Shown here: one piece after another, positions 7,534 through 18,569 of the stretch
Numbering within the stretch: position 1 is the stretch's first letter
Layout: every line of letters begins with the position of its first letter
Assembly (NCBI GenBank): GCA_964449185.1
Contig: CAYUYN010000005.1
Location: 1 to 32,150 of the forward strand
Direction: 5' to 3'
DNA: 32,150 nt
Source: an uncultured Anaerolineales bacterium
Lineage (GTDB): Bacteria > Chloroflexota > Anaerolineae > Anaerolineales > UBA6663
The notes under the pieces: model-generated
The model's input: only the letters and a program-made list of their open reading frames with translations
What the model was told of the DNA's origin: nothing
Databases searched by the model: none
Program-made: the position numbers and the translations under genes

Positions 7534-9740
7534 GCCAAACCGAAACGGCCGACTTCTACGTCTCGCCCACCGGCAGCGACGCCAACCCCGGCACCGAGGC
7601 GCTGCCCTTTGCCACCGTGAGCCAGGCCCAGCGCGCCGTCCGCCAGGCACGCGCCGGCCAGGCCGACCCAGTGCGGGTGGCCCTGCGCGCCGGCACCCAT
7701 TACCTCCGTGAAACCCTGGTTTTTGGACCCGAAGACAGCGGCACGACGTACGGCTCCTACCCTGGCGAAATCGCCACGCTCAGCGGCGGCACGCCACTTG
7801 CTTGTGCGTGGCAGCCCTTCCGGGACGGCATTTTCCAGTGCGAGCTCCCGGCCGACAAAGCGGGCCAACTATCCTTCACGCAATTGTTTGTCAACGGGCG
7901 GCGCCAGGTGCGGGCGCGGTACCCTAATTACGACAACTCCAACCCCAAGCAGTACACCGGCTACATCCACGCGTCAGCCAAGCTGCCTGACGACCTGGCC
8001 GACCCGTGCCCTGGTCCCAACGATGACATGACCTTTTCCAGCGGGCCGGCGCGTGGCGTGCTCTTCGACCCGCAGACCTTCACCCCGCGGCGGTGGGCCA
8101 GGCCGGCCGAGGCCGTTATCCACATCTACCAGTCGCACTATTGGGGCAACCTCCAGTGGCAGCTCAAGCACATCGATTGGGAGCAGTACGCCGTGTGGTT
8201 TGGCGCCGGTGGCCAGCAAATGGGGGCGAAGTGGCACGCGGACCCGTGCGGGGTGAATCACAAATCACGCTTCTTTGTCGAAAACGTGTTTGAGGAATTG
8301 GATGCGCCCGGCGAGTGGTATTTGGACCACGAGCAGGGCGTTCTGTATTTCTTTCCGCCGGAGGGCGTGGACCTCTCGACCGCCGTGGTTGAAGTTTCGC
8401 GCCTCCAGCAGATCGTCCGCCTGATCGGCACGCCCGACCGGCCGGTGCGTCAGGTGGCCTTCGAGAATCTGCGTTTCGCGCACACCGCTGCAACCTTCCT
8501 CGAGCCATACTGCGTGCCGTCGCTGAGCGATTGGGCCATTCACCGGGGCGGCACGGCGTTTCTGGAGGGCACGCGCGACTGCGCCATACGCGACTGCTTC
8601 TTCGACGCGGCGGGCGGCAATGCGGTCTTCCTCAACAACTATAACCGCGGCGCCCGGGTCAGCGGCTGCCGCTTCACCGAGGCCGGCGAGAGCGCGGTCT
8701 GCCTGGTGGGCACCCTGGACATTACGGTCGGCACCCAGCGGCACTTCCCGTACGAGTGCGTGGTGGAGAACAACCTCATCCACGACTGCGGCGTCTTTGG
8801 CAAGCAGGTGGCCGGGGTCTACCTCTCGCGGGCTAAGCGCATCACGGTCGCCCACAACGAAATCTACGACATGCCCCGCGCCGGCATCTGCATCGGCGAT
8901 GGCACCTGGGGCGGCCACGTCATCGAGTACAACCACATCCACGACACCTGCCGCGAGACCGGCGATCACGGTCCGTTCAATGCCTGGGGCCGCGACCGCT
9001 ACTGGTGCCTGGTTCAGTCGCACACCCACGAGCCGGGCGCACGCGGCCATGCGGCCGGCCACGTCCTGGTTGATGCCATGGAAACGGTGGTGGTGCGGCA
9101 CAACTTCTTTGAAGAGGAAACCGGCTGGGGGCTGGATTTGGACGATGGCGCCTCCAACTACGACATCTACAACAATCTGTGCGTCGGCGTCAGCCTCAAG
9201 CTGCGCGAGGGCGCCTACCGCACTATCCACAACAACATCTGGGTGGATGGCGCCAACTCGGTCTGCTTCCACGTCGGCAACGCCGACAACCACGACCGCT
9301 ACTTTGGCAACATCGCGGTGATGACCATCGCCAACATGCAGCCCCAGATGGACCTGGACTTCCTCATGGGCAATGCCTACGGCGAAATTTACACCCTCAT
9401 CGCGCCGCCCGAGCACGGCCCGTGGCTGGAGGAGATTGACCGCAACTGCTTTTACAGCGACCTGGGCCACTTCGTGGCGCGCGCCCGCCTGCGCGGCGAG
9501 GCTGAGGGCCACAAGTATTCGCTGGCCGAGTGGCAGGCGCTGGGCTTCGACCAGAACTCAGTCTTCGCCGATCCGCTTTTTGTCGATCGCGAGCGCGGCG
9601 ATTACCGCGTTCGGCCCGAGTCGCCCGCGCTCAAGCTGGGTTTCCAGAATTTCGACATGGACCATTTCGGCCTGACCGAGGCGTTTCCACCGCATTGGCG
9701 GGGTAGGGGCGTTCAATTGAACGCTCCTACCCCGCCGTAA
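7530..9740 (+). CDS. Right-handed beta-helix glycoside hydrolase, GH141-like, no signal peptide
   Basis: N-terminal FYVSPTGSDANPGT..PFAT, QLFVNGRRQVRARYPN, FFVENVFEELDAPGEWYLD, parallel beta-helix repeats, DLDDGASN. ATGA overlap with the lacI stop supports the start at 7530. Confidence 0.75.
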   Translation: MSQTETADFYVSPTGSDANPGTEALPFATVSQAQRAVRQARAGQADPVRVALRAGTHYLRETLVFGPEDSGTTYGSYPGEIATLSGGTPLACAWQPFRDGIFQCELPADKAGQLSFTQLFVNGRRQVRARYPNYDNSNPKQYTGYIHASAKLPDDLADPCPGPNDDMTFSSGPARGVLFDPQTFTPRRWARPAEAVIHIYQSHYWGNLQWQLKHIDWEQYAVWFGAGGQQMGAKWHADPCGVNHKSRFFVENVFEELDAPGEWYLDHEQGVLYFFPPEGVDLSTAVVEVSRLQQIVRLIGTPDRPVRQVAFENLRFAHTAATFLEPYCVPSLSDWAIHRGGTAFLEGTRDCAIRDCFFDAAGGNAVFLNNYNRGARVSGCRFTEAGESAVCLVGTLDITVGTQRHFPYECVVENNLIHDCGVFGKQVAGVYLSRAKRITVAHNEIYDMPRAGICIGDGTWGGHVIEYNHIHDTCRETGDHGPFNAWGRDRYWCLVQSHTHEPGARGHAAGHVLVDAMETVVVRHNFFEEETGWGLDLDDGASNYDIYNNLCVGVSLKLREGAYRTIHNNIWVDGANSVCFHVGNADNHDRYFGNIAVMTIANMQPQMDLDFLMGNAYGEIYTLIAPPEHGPWLEEIDRNCFYSDLGHFVARARLRGEAEGHKYSLAEWQALGFDQNSVFADPLFVDRERGDYRVRPESPALKLGFQNFDMDHFGLTEAFPPHWRGRGVQLNAPTPP
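9697..9736. repeat. GTAG-type REP-like 40-bp palindrome inside the 3' end of the GH141-like gene
   Basis: GGCGGGGTAGGGGCGTTCAA / TTGAACGCTCCTACCCCGCC; 19 of 20 positions complementary, one G-T. Confidence 0.8.
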
Positions 9741-9787
9741 ACGCGAGCAGAACCCGCATCTCACCAAGGGGCATAGAGAGGCTTCTT

Positions 9788-11224
9788 ATGCAGACCGCGT
9801 TCGAACCGTCCTGGAACTCACTCAAGACCCACGTCACCCCGCGCTGGTTTCAAGAGGCCAAGTTTGGCATCTACACGCATTGGGGTGTCTATTGCGTCCC
9901 GGCCTTTGGCCCCAACGCCACCTGGTACCCGTACCACATGTATCGCAAGGGCACCGTCCAGTACGAGCACCACCTCAAGACGTACGGCCACCCGGGCACG
10001 TTTGGCTACAAAGACTTCATCCCCATGTTCACGGCCGAGAAGTTCGACCCGATGGAGTGGGCCGAGCTGTTCCGCCTCTCGGGGGCGCGCTATGCCGGGC
10101 CGGTGGGCGAGCACCACGACGGCTTCTGCATGTGGGACACCCAGTATTCGGAGTGGAGCGCGGCCAAGATGGGGCCCAAGCGCGACGTGGTGGGCGAGCT
10201 GGAAAAGGCCATCCGCAAGGAGGGGCTGCGCTACCTGGTGGCGCTGCACCACGCTGAAAATTGGTGGTTCTACCCCCACTGGAAGCCGGAGTACGACACC
10301 TACGACCCGCGTTACGCCGGCCTGTACGGCGACCCGCACGACCTGGATGGCAACGTGGGCCCAAAGCTGATGGAGCAGACGCGCCCCAGCCTCAAGTTCA
10401 TGGAGACGTGGAAGGGCAAGATCATCGAGCTGATCGACAAGTACGAGCCGGATGTGCTCTGGTTTGACTTTGGCCTGCGCGGACTGGCCGAGCAGTACAA
10501 GCAGGAGTTCATGGCCTACTACTACAACTGGGCTCAGTCCAAGGGCAAAGAGGTGGCGGTGACCTACAAGGCCTACGACTTGGCCCCCGGTTCCGGCGTG
10601 GTGGACCTGGAGCTGGGCCGCATGAACTTGTTGACTTACTACGACTGGATCACCGACACCACCATCGACGACGGGCAGGGCTGGGGCTATCTCAAGGACA
10701 CGCCCTACAAATCGGTCACCACCCTGGTGCACTACCTGGTGGACAACGTCAGCAAGAATGGCTACCTGCTGCTTAACGTCGGTCCCAAGCCCGACGGCAC
10801 CATCCCCGCCGAGGGCCATGCCCTGCTCAAGGACATCGGCAAGTGGATGGAGGTCAACAGCGAGTCCATCTACGGCACCACCAACTGGATCGCTTATGGC
10901 GAAGGCCCGACCCAAATGGAGAAGGGCGGCTCCTTCAACGAGAAGGATGTGGCCGGCTTTACCAACAAAGACGTGCGCTTTGCCGTGCGCGACAACGTGC
11001 TCTATGCCACGCTGCTGGGCTGGCCCGGCCAGGAAATCACCATCGAGACGCTCAAGCGTCTCTACGCGGCTGAAATCCAATCCATCCGCATGCTCGGCTC
11101 GGACCAGGAGCTGCGCTGGAAGCTAGACACGACGACGGGCCTCACGATTGAAACGCCCGCCGACAAGCCGTGCGAGCACGCCTACGTCTTCAAAATCACC
11201 CGCGGAGACCCGTATGGCCGCTGA
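9788..11224 (+). CDS. GH29 alpha-L-fucosidase-family hydrolase (copy A), cytoplasmic
   Basis: WFQEAKFGIYTHWG, EHHDGF, GPKRDVVGEL, nucleophile motif VLWFD, VSKNGYLLLNVGPKPDGTIP, ESIYGT; no signal peptide. Confidence 0.92.
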   Translation: MQTAFEPSWNSLKTHVTPRWFQEAKFGIYTHWGVYCVPAFGPNATWYPYHMYRKGTVQYEHHLKTYGHPGTFGYKDFIPMFTAEKFDPMEWAELFRLSGARYAGPVGEHHDGFCMWDTQYSEWSAAKMGPKRDVVGELEKAIRKEGLRYLVALHHAENWWFYPHWKPEYDTYDPRYAGLYGDPHDLDGNVGPKLMEQTRPSLKFMETWKGKIIELIDKYEPDVLWFDFGLRGLAEQYKQEFMAYYYNWAQSKGKEVAVTYKAYDLAPGSGVVDLELGRMNLLTYYDWITDTTIDDGQGWGYLKDTPYKSVTTLVHYLVDNVSKNGYLLLNVGPKPDGTIPAEGHALLKDIGKWMEVNSESIYGTTNWIAYGEGPTQMEKGGSFNEKDVAGFTNKDVRFAVRDNVLYATLLGWPGQEITIETLKRLYAAEIQSIRMLGSDQELRWKLDTTTGLTIETPADKPCEHAYVFKITRGDPYGR

Positions 11225-11309
11225 ACACTCAGCAGAGAGGAGCCAGGTCTAGCCAACTCGAGGGAAGGAGAAGGGGACAAGCCGATGCCGATGCCGGATG
11301 GAGCAAAAG

Positions 11310-13370
11310 ATGAAAACGCATAAACCCATGGCATGTCTGTTAGTGGCGGCCATCTTCCTGGTTGCCTGCGGCGCCCAAACGCCCACGACCACGGCCAACA
11401 CGGCCGTGGCGGCGCTCACCGCGACCACTGCCGCCGCTCCGGCGACCGAGGTCGCCAGTGAAGGCCCGTACACCGATTACTATTTCACCACCGTCGACGA
11501 GTACAGCGCCGCGACGGGCAATACCATCGCCGCCTTTGGTGAGGCGCCCATGCTGACCGCGCGGGTCGACAGCGGCGACCTGCCGCCGGTGGCCGAGCGC
11601 TTGCCCGCCCAGCCCGCCGTGGTGCGCACCCGCGAGGGCTCGGCCAGCCAGTACGGCGGCGAGATGCACCTGGTGGGCTTCTTTGAGGGCGCGGGTGTCT
11701 TCACCCAGTTCACCGAAGACACCCAAAAGGGCCTCATCTCCTGGGACGTCAGCTACAAGACGTTTTACCCCAACATCGCCCAGGGCTGGGAGCTCGCGTC
11801 GGATGCCAAGAGCCTCAAGCTGTTCCTGCGCGAGGGGATGAAGTGGTCGGACGGCGACGACTTTGACGCCGACGACTTCGTCTTCTGGTACGAAGACTTG
11901 CTGCAAAATGCGGAGCTGAACCCCGAGATCGACCCGGCCTACCAGCCGGGCGGCGAGCTGATGGGCCTCAATAAGCTCGACCAGTACACCGTGGAGTTCA
12001 CCTTCGCGGCGCCGTACCCGCGCGCGGTGGAAATCATCATTAATACCGATGAGATCTACCGCCCGGTACACTTCCTCAAGAACTACCTGCCGCAGTACAA
12101 TCCCGATGCCCAGGCCCTGGCCGAGAGTGAGGGCCTGGACTCGTGGCAGCTAGCCCTGGAGTTTCACCAGTCGTACAACGCCGACCCGAGCTCCCCGACC
12201 CTGCTGCCGTGGGTGCTCAAGGATGTCGGCTCGGACTCCGCGCTGTGGGAGCGCAACCCCTACTTCTGGCGCGTGGACTCAGACGGCAACCAACTGCCTT
12301 ATATCGACACCCTGCTGGTCAGCATCGCCACCGACCCCAATTCCACCAACCCGGTTAAGGTCATGGCCGGCGAAGTGGACTGGGAGATCATGGGCCTGAC
12401 GATCGAGGACTACCCGGTGCTCAAGGGCGCCGAGGCCCAGGGCGGCTACAAGGCCTACCTGTGGCCCGACAACGCGACTTCCACCGCGCTGGGCTTTGCC
12501 CTAAACTACACGCACCAAGACCCGATCCTGCGCGAGATCTTCAACGACCTGCGCTTCCGCCAGGCGCTGTCGCTGGCCGTGGATCGCGAAGACATCAACC
12601 AGACCATCTTCTTTGGCCAGACCGAGCCGTTTGTGGCGCCCGTCGGCCGCACCTGGACCGGCTTTGAAGACTGGATGGCCACCTACTACGCCGAGCACGA
12701 CGTGGACAAGGCCAATGCCCTGCTGGATGAGATGGGCCTGGAATGGGACGCCGCCCACCAGTGGCGCCTGCGCTCCGACGGCCAGCCCCTGATCATCCTG
12801 GGCGAGCACACCGTGGACTACCTGAGCTACGCCGACGACCTGCTGGCCATCGTGGCCAACAATTGGGCCGACCTAGGCGTGAACTTCCAGCCCAAGTTCG
12901 TGCCGGGCGATGTGCTGATCCCGCGCTACGTGGCCAACGAGCAGGACGTGGGCATCTGGAACAGCGACGGCGGCACCGAGCCTGCGGGCCACACGCAGTA
13001 CCCCATCCGTCTGATTCCGCCGTGGCACCATATGGGCACCGACTGCTGCGCCATGTCGTCGTACCCCTGGCGCCAATGGCTGGACACGGACGGCGCCGCG
13101 GGCGAAGAGCCGCCGGAGACCATCAAGCATCTCTTCCAGCTCTCGCAGGATTGGCTGGCCGCCGAGGCCGGCACGCCTGAATACGAGGCGCTGACCAAGG
13201 AGCTGATCAAGATCAACGTCGAAAACCTATACTTCTTCGGCACGGTCAGCGCGCCGCCGCGCGTGGTCATCACCAGCGACCGCATGGGCAACCTGCCCGG
13301 CACGGACGGCGCCTTTGGCTCCGAGATGCTCCGGCCTTACCTGCCCGAGGTCGCCTATATCAAGCAGTAA
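11310..13370 (+). CDS. ABC transporter substrate-binding lipoprotein, family 5 (oligosaccharide type)
   Basis: Lipobox LVAC, Thr/Ala linker, EAPML...GDLPPVAERLP, LREGMKWSDG, RNPYFWRVDSDGNQLPYID, FRQALSLAVDR; very acidic. GGAG 6 nt before ATG 11310 (alternative start 11298). Confidence 0.92.
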   Translation: MKTHKPMACLLVAAIFLVACGAQTPTTTANTAVAALTATTAAAPATEVASEGPYTDYYFTTVDEYSAATGNTIAAFGEAPMLTARVDSGDLPPVAERLPAQPAVVRTREGSASQYGGEMHLVGFFEGAGVFTQFTEDTQKGLISWDVSYKTFYPNIAQGWELASDAKSLKLFLREGMKWSDGDDFDADDFVFWYEDLLQNAELNPEIDPAYQPGGELMGLNKLDQYTVEFTFAAPYPRAVEIIINTDEIYRPVHFLKNYLPQYNPDAQALAESEGLDSWQLALEFHQSYNADPSSPTLLPWVLKDVGSDSALWERNPYFWRVDSDGNQLPYIDTLLVSIATDPNSTNPVKVMAGEVDWEIMGLTIEDYPVLKGAEAQGGYKAYLWPDNATSTALGFALNYTHQDPILREIFNDLRFRQALSLAVDREDINQTIFFGQTEPFVAPVGRTWTGFEDWMATYYAEHDVDKANALLDEMGLEWDAAHQWRLRSDGQPLIILGEHTVDYLSYADDLLAIVANNWADLGVNFQPKFVPGDVLIPRYVANEQDVGIWNSDGGTEPAGHTQYPIRLIPPWHHMGTDCCAMSSYPWRQWLDTDGAAGEEPPETIKHLFQLSQDWLAAEAGTPEYEALTKELIKINVENLYFFGTVSAPPRVVITSDRMGNLPGTDGAFGSEMLRPYLPEVAYIKQ

Positions 13371-13398
13371 CGCCGAGCTCGTAAGCCTCACGATCACC

Positions 13399-13489
13399 CA
13401 GACTCCCTCCCCGGTTGGCGGCGCGATGGTGCTGCGCATGCGCAGCCTCAGCGCGCCGCCAACGGGGGAAGGCTGGGGGTGGGGGTCTG
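13399..13489. repeat. Nested hairpin / REP-like element between the SBP and permease genes
   Basis: 12-bp stem GTTGGCGGCGCG (13414-13425) / CGCGCCGCCAAC (13452-13463) encloses the perfect 16-bp palindrome GCTGCGCATGCGCAGC (13431-13446); flanked by CTCCCTCCCC and GGGGGAAGGCTGGGGGTGGGGG. Confidence 0.75.
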
Positions 13490-13552
13490 ACCTGAGCTAC
13501 ACCCGTATCGGTGCCGTCTGACTCATAGGGGTTGCTTCCGAAAGCTGCTCAC

Positions 13553-14545
13553 ATGCTCAACTACCTGCTGCGTCGTTTGCTGTACATGGTGCTGCTGGTC
13601 GTCGTGTTGAGCATCGTCACCTTCCTCATCATCCAGCTTCCGGCCGGCGACTTCGTCAACACCCTGGCCCTGCAGTACGCCGCGGCCGGAGAGCACGTTG
13701 ACCAGACTCGCCTCAACAACCTCCGCCACCAATTTGGCCTTGACCAGCCCGTCTACATCCAATACTTGCGTTGGATCGGCAACGTGATCCAGGGCGACCT
13801 GGGCTGGTCCTTTCAGTTCAAGAAGCCCGTCGCCACCCTCATCGGCGAGCGGGTGCAGCTCACGGCCATCATCTCGCTGGTCACGCTGGTGATGACGTAC
13901 ATGCTGGCGGTACCCATCGGCATCTACTCGGCCGTCCGCCAATACACCCTGGGCGACTACTTCTTCATGTTCTTGGGATTTCTTGGCCTGGCCGCGCCTA
14001 GTTTCCTCCTGGCGCTGATCCTCATGGTGTTCCTGCTCAACCTGGGTCTCAGCGTGGGCGGCCTATTCTCGCCCGAGTTCCTGCGGGCACCCTGGAGCGT
14101 GGCGCGTGTGTTCGACCTGCTCAAGCACCTGCCCCTGCCCATCCTCATTATCGGGCTGGGCGGCACGGCCGGGCTCATCCGCGTCATGCGCGCCTCCCTA
14201 CTGGACGAGATCGGCAAGCAGTACGTCGTCACCGCACGCGCCAAGGGTGTCAGCGAAACGCGCCTATTGTTCAAATACCCGGTGCGCGCCTCGCTCAACC
14301 CCATCGTCAGCACCATCGGCTGGGAGCTGCCCGCCATCGTCTCGGGCGGCGTGATCGTGGAGATGGTGCTCAACCTGCCCACCACCGGTCCCATGCTCTA
14401 CAGCGCGCTGCTCAAGGAAGACATGTTCCTGGCCTCCAGCCTGCTGCTCTTCCTCAACTGCCTGACCGTCATCGGCACCCTGATCTCCGATATTGCGCTG
14501 GTCGTGGTCGACCCCCGCATCCGCTTTACGGCGCGCGAGAATTAG
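13553..14545 (+). CDS. ABC permease, DppB/OppB family
   Basis: MLNYLLRRLL, FGLDQPVYIQYLRW, GDLGWS, EAA-like YVVTARAKG, DPRIR. Confidence 0.93.
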   Translation: MLNYLLRRLLYMVLLVVVLSIVTFLIIQLPAGDFVNTLALQYAAAGEHVDQTRLNNLRHQFGLDQPVYIQYLRWIGNVIQGDLGWSFQFKKPVATLIGERVQLTAIISLVTLVMTYMLAVPIGIYSAVRQYTLGDYFFMFLGFLGLAAPSFLLALILMVFLLNLGLSVGGLFSPEFLRAPWSVARVFDLLKHLPLPILIIGLGGTAGLIRVMRASLLDEIGKQYVVTARAKGVSETRLLFKYPVRASLNPIVSTIGWELPAIVSGGVIVEMVLNLPTTGPMLYSALLKEDMFLASSLLLFLNCLTVIGTLISDIALVVVDPRIRFTAREN

Positions 14546-14548
14546 CCA

Positions 14549-15670
14549 ATGGCCGTGGCTGCGCCCTCCATCCCGCTGACTGCCGAGGAGAAATACTACC
14601 TCGCCTCGCAGTGGCAGCTCATGTGGCAGAAGTTCCGGCGCCACAAACTGGCTATCATCGGCGGCGGGCTGATGCTGACCCTCTACGTCATCGCGATCTT
14701 TGCCGACTTTATCTCGCCTTATCTGTCGGAACAGCGCTACCCGCGGTTCCCCTTCCACCCGCCCTCTGCCGTGCGTATTGTGGATGCCCAGGGCCGCTGG
14801 CAGCGGCCGTTCGTCTACGAAACCACGGCCGTGCGCGACCTGGAAACCCTGGGGCTGACCTACGACGTCAACCGCGATATTCGCCATCCCATCCGCTTCT
14901 TTGCCCGCGGCGAGCCATACAAGCTGCTGGGTCTGGTCCCGACCAACGTGCATCTCTTTGGCGTGGACGAGCCGGCCGGCCTCTTTCTCTTCGGCACCGA
15001 CCGGCTTGGCCGTGATGTGCTCACACGTACCTTTTACGCGGCGCGCCTGTCGCTGTCCATTGGCCTGGTCGGGGTGGCGTTGTCTTTTACCATCGGCGTG
15101 ACCCTGGGCGGCATCTCGGGCTACTTTGGCGGCGCGATCGATACGGTCATCCAGCGCATCATTGAATTCCTGATTTCGGTGCCCACCGTGCCCATCTGGA
15201 TCGCCCTCAGCGCCGCGCTGCCGCGCGAGTGGACCGTCATCCAAATCTATTTCGGCATCGTGGTCATCCTGTCGCTGGTGGGGTGGGGTGGCCTGGCGCG
15301 CGTGGTGCGCAGCAAGTTCCTCGAGCTGCGCGAGCTGGACTATGTGCTGGCCGCGCGCGTGGCTGGGGTGAGCGAGGCCGCGATCATCGCCGTGCACCTG
15401 CTGCCCAACTTCGCCAGCTACTTGATCGTGGCGCTAACCCTGGACATCCCGGGCGTCATCCTGGCCGAGACGGCTCTGAGCTTCCTGGGCCTGGGCCTGC
15501 GCGCGCCGGCCGTGAGCTGGGGCGTGCTGCTGGAAGACGCGCAAAACGTCCACAGCATCGCGCTGTATTGGTGGACCATCATCCCGGCCCTGTTCGTCAT
15601 GACAACCGTGCTGGCCTTCAACTTCCTGGGCGATGGTCTGCGCGACGCTGCCGACCCGTACAAGCTGTAG
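14549..15670 (+). CDS. ABC permease, DppC/OppC family
   Basis: FRRHKLAIIG, FGTDRLGRD, DYVLAARVAG, ETALSFLGLG, FNFLGDGLRDAADP. Confidence 0.93.
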   Translation: MAVAAPSIPLTAEEKYYLASQWQLMWQKFRRHKLAIIGGGLMLTLYVIAIFADFISPYLSEQRYPRFPFHPPSAVRIVDAQGRWQRPFVYETTAVRDLETLGLTYDVNRDIRHPIRFFARGEPYKLLGLVPTNVHLFGVDEPAGLFLFGTDRLGRDVLTRTFYAARLSLSIGLVGVALSFTIGVTLGGISGYFGGAIDTVIQRIIEFLISVPTVPIWIALSAALPREWTVIQIYFGIVVILSLVGWGGLARVVRSKFLELRELDYVLAARVAGVSEAAIIAVHLLPNFASYLIVALTLDIPGVILAETALSFLGLGLRAPAVSWGVLLEDAQNVHSIALYWWTIIPALFVMTTVLAFNFLGDGLRDAADPYKL

Positions 15671-15685
15671 CATGGGAGACGCCTG

Positions 15686-16729
15686 ATGACGGCTTCGATG
15701 GAGGTGGTGTCTCCGGCCAACGGCCGCACCCCACGACCCTTGCTGGAGGTCGAAGACCTGCGCGCGCACTTCTTCGTGAACGAGGGCGTGCTGAAGGCCG
15801 TCGACGGCGTCAGCTTTACCGTCCACCCGGAAGGGACCCTGGGCCTGATCGGCGAGAGCGGCTGCGGCAAGAGCGTCACGGCCCATGCGTTGCTGCGCAT
15901 CGTGCCTTCGCCGGGCAAGCTGGTGGGGGGCGCCATCAAGCTGCATCTTGACGACCGCACCGTGGACCTGGCGCAGCTCAGCCCCTCGGGCCGAGAAATC
16001 CGCCGCGTTCGCGGCAAGGAAATCGCCATGGTGTTTCAGGAGCCGATGACCAGCCTCTCGCCCCTGCACACCATCGGCGACCAAATCCGCGAGGCCATCC
16101 TGCTCCACCGCACCCGTGACCGCAAGGAGGCGCAAGCCATCGCCCTGGACATGCTGGCGCGCGTGGGAATCGCCAATCCGCGCCAGCGGCTCAACGAGTT
16201 CCCGCACCAGCTCTCCGGCGGCATGCGCCAACGCGCCATGATCGCCATGGCGCTCTCCTGCCACCCGAAGCTGCTGATTGCCGACGAGCCCACCACGGCC
16301 CTGGACGTGACCGTCCAGGCCCAGATACTCAGCCTGATCCAGGAGCTCCAACAGGAGTTTCACATGTCGGTGCTCTACATCACCCACGACCTGGGGGTGA
16401 TCGCCGAGGTCTGCCACAATGTGGCCGTGATGTACCTGGGCAAGATCGTGGAGTACGGGACGGTGCGTGACATTTTTTACCGGCCGCTGCACCCCTACAC
16501 CATCCGCCTGCTCAAGTCGCGGCCGACGGTGAGCCAGAACCCTGGCGAGCGGCTCGAGTCGATCCGCGGCCACGTCCCGGTGCCCTTGGATTTGCCGGTG
16601 CAGTGCGGCTTCGTGGACCGCTGCCCCGAGGTTATGCGCGGCCGCTGCGATGTGGCCGCCCCCGAGCTGATCGAGCAGGAGCCCGGCCACTGGGTGCGCT
16701 GCTTCTTGTACAACGGGCGAGGCCAATAG
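15686..16729 (+). CDS. ABC ATP-binding protein, DppD/OppD family
   Basis: Walker [30 protein letters not shown]-terminal Cys-rich oligo_HPY tail. Confidence 0.95.
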   Translation: MTASMEVVSPANGRTPRPLLEVEDLRAHFFVNEGVLKAVDGVSFTVHPEGTLGLIGESGCGKSVTAHALLRIVPSPGKLVGGAIKLHLDDRTVDLAQLSPSGREIRRVRGKEIAMVFQEPMTSLSPLHTIGDQIREAILLHRTRDRKEAQAIALDMLARVGIANPRQRLNEFPHQLSGGMRQRAMIAMALSCHPKLLIADEPTTALDVTVQAQILSLIQELQQEFHMSVLYITHDLGVIAEVCHNVAVMYLGKIVEYGTVRDIFYRPLHPYTIRLLKSRPTVSQNPGERLESIRGHVPVPLDLPVQCGFVDRCPEVMRGRCDVAAPELIEQEPGHWVRCFLYNGRGQ

Positions 16730-17806
<1,077 letters not shown>

Positions 17807-17818
17807 GGCGCGGCCCAG

Positions 17819-18229
17819 ATGGAAGTGTGGGGCTCCCTGCTGTTGCTGGTGGTGGCCTTTGGCGGGTTGGCCCTGCTGCTGGCCGCCTACACGCGCCGAA
17901 TTTTCAAAAGGGCTCTGACCGACCAATTCCGCGCTGCCGAAGATCTCACCAGCGGGCAACTGCCCAAGCGTTGGGTGACTGAGATCGACCGTCAGGTGGC
18001 GCTGGGTCGCCGCGTGCCATTCATGGCCACGCGGAAGACGGGCACCGAGCTACTGCTGTCTCGGCTGGACAAGCTGTCGGAGTTTTTTCAAAACGGCCCG
18101 TTTTACGACAGCCCCGATGCGAAGCATCTGTTGCTGGGGCGCCTGGAGGCCGTGCGCGACCGCTGGGCCGACCTGAGCTGGGACGCAATCAAAGCGGAGC
18201 AGGGGTTGAGAAAGACAACCTATGAGTGA
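17819..18229 (+). CDS. Hypothetical 136-aa single-pass membrane protein
   Basis: N-terminal hydrophobic helix then soluble helical domain. Fills the gap in the operon (12 bp after dppF, 8-bp overlap with the next gene). Confidence 0.7.
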   Translation: MEVWGSLLLLVVAFGGLALLLAAYTRRIFKRALTDQFRAAEDLTSGQLPKRWVTEIDRQVALGRRVPFMATRKTGTELLLSRLDKLSEFFQNGPFYDSPDAKHLLLGRLEAVRDRWADLSWDAIKAEQGLRKTTYE

Positions 18230-18569
18230 TACAGTCAAGCGGTCGGTCAAACGCGTCGGCATGGTGATCGGCCTCCGGCCGGAAAAGATCGAAGAGTACA
18301 GACAGCTCCACGACGGCCCGGGTGTCCGCGATCTGCTGTGCCAGGCTAACTTGCGCGACTTTTCCATTTTCCTCTGCCAGCTCGAGGACGGCCGCTATTA
18401 CGAGTTTGCCACCTACGACTACGTGGGCGATGATTTCGACGCGGACATGGCCTGGCTGGCTGCCCAGCCGCACAACCAGGACTGGCTGGCCGTGTGTGAC
18501 CCCATGCAGCTTCCGCTCAACGGCCAGTCGTCCTGGTCACAGATGGAAGAGATTTTCTACAACGAATAA
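18222..18569 (+). CDS. L-rhamnose/L-fucose mutarotase family protein (RhaM/YiiL-like)
   Basis: KRVGMVIGLRPEKIEEYRQLH, NLRDFSIFL, YVGDDFDADMA, W...CDPMQ.P, WSQMEEIF. Confidence 0.85.
   Translation: MSDTVKRSVKRVGMVIGLRPEKIEEYRQLHDGPGVRDLLCQANLRDFSIFLCQLEDGRYYEFATYDYVGDDFDADMAWLAAQPHNQDWLAVCDPMQLPLNGQSSWSQMEEIFYNE

Noticed and set aside
11281-11300. GCCGAT x2-3 short tandem repeat upstream of the SBP gene
   Set aside because: Too short to distinguish from chance in GC-rich DNA.
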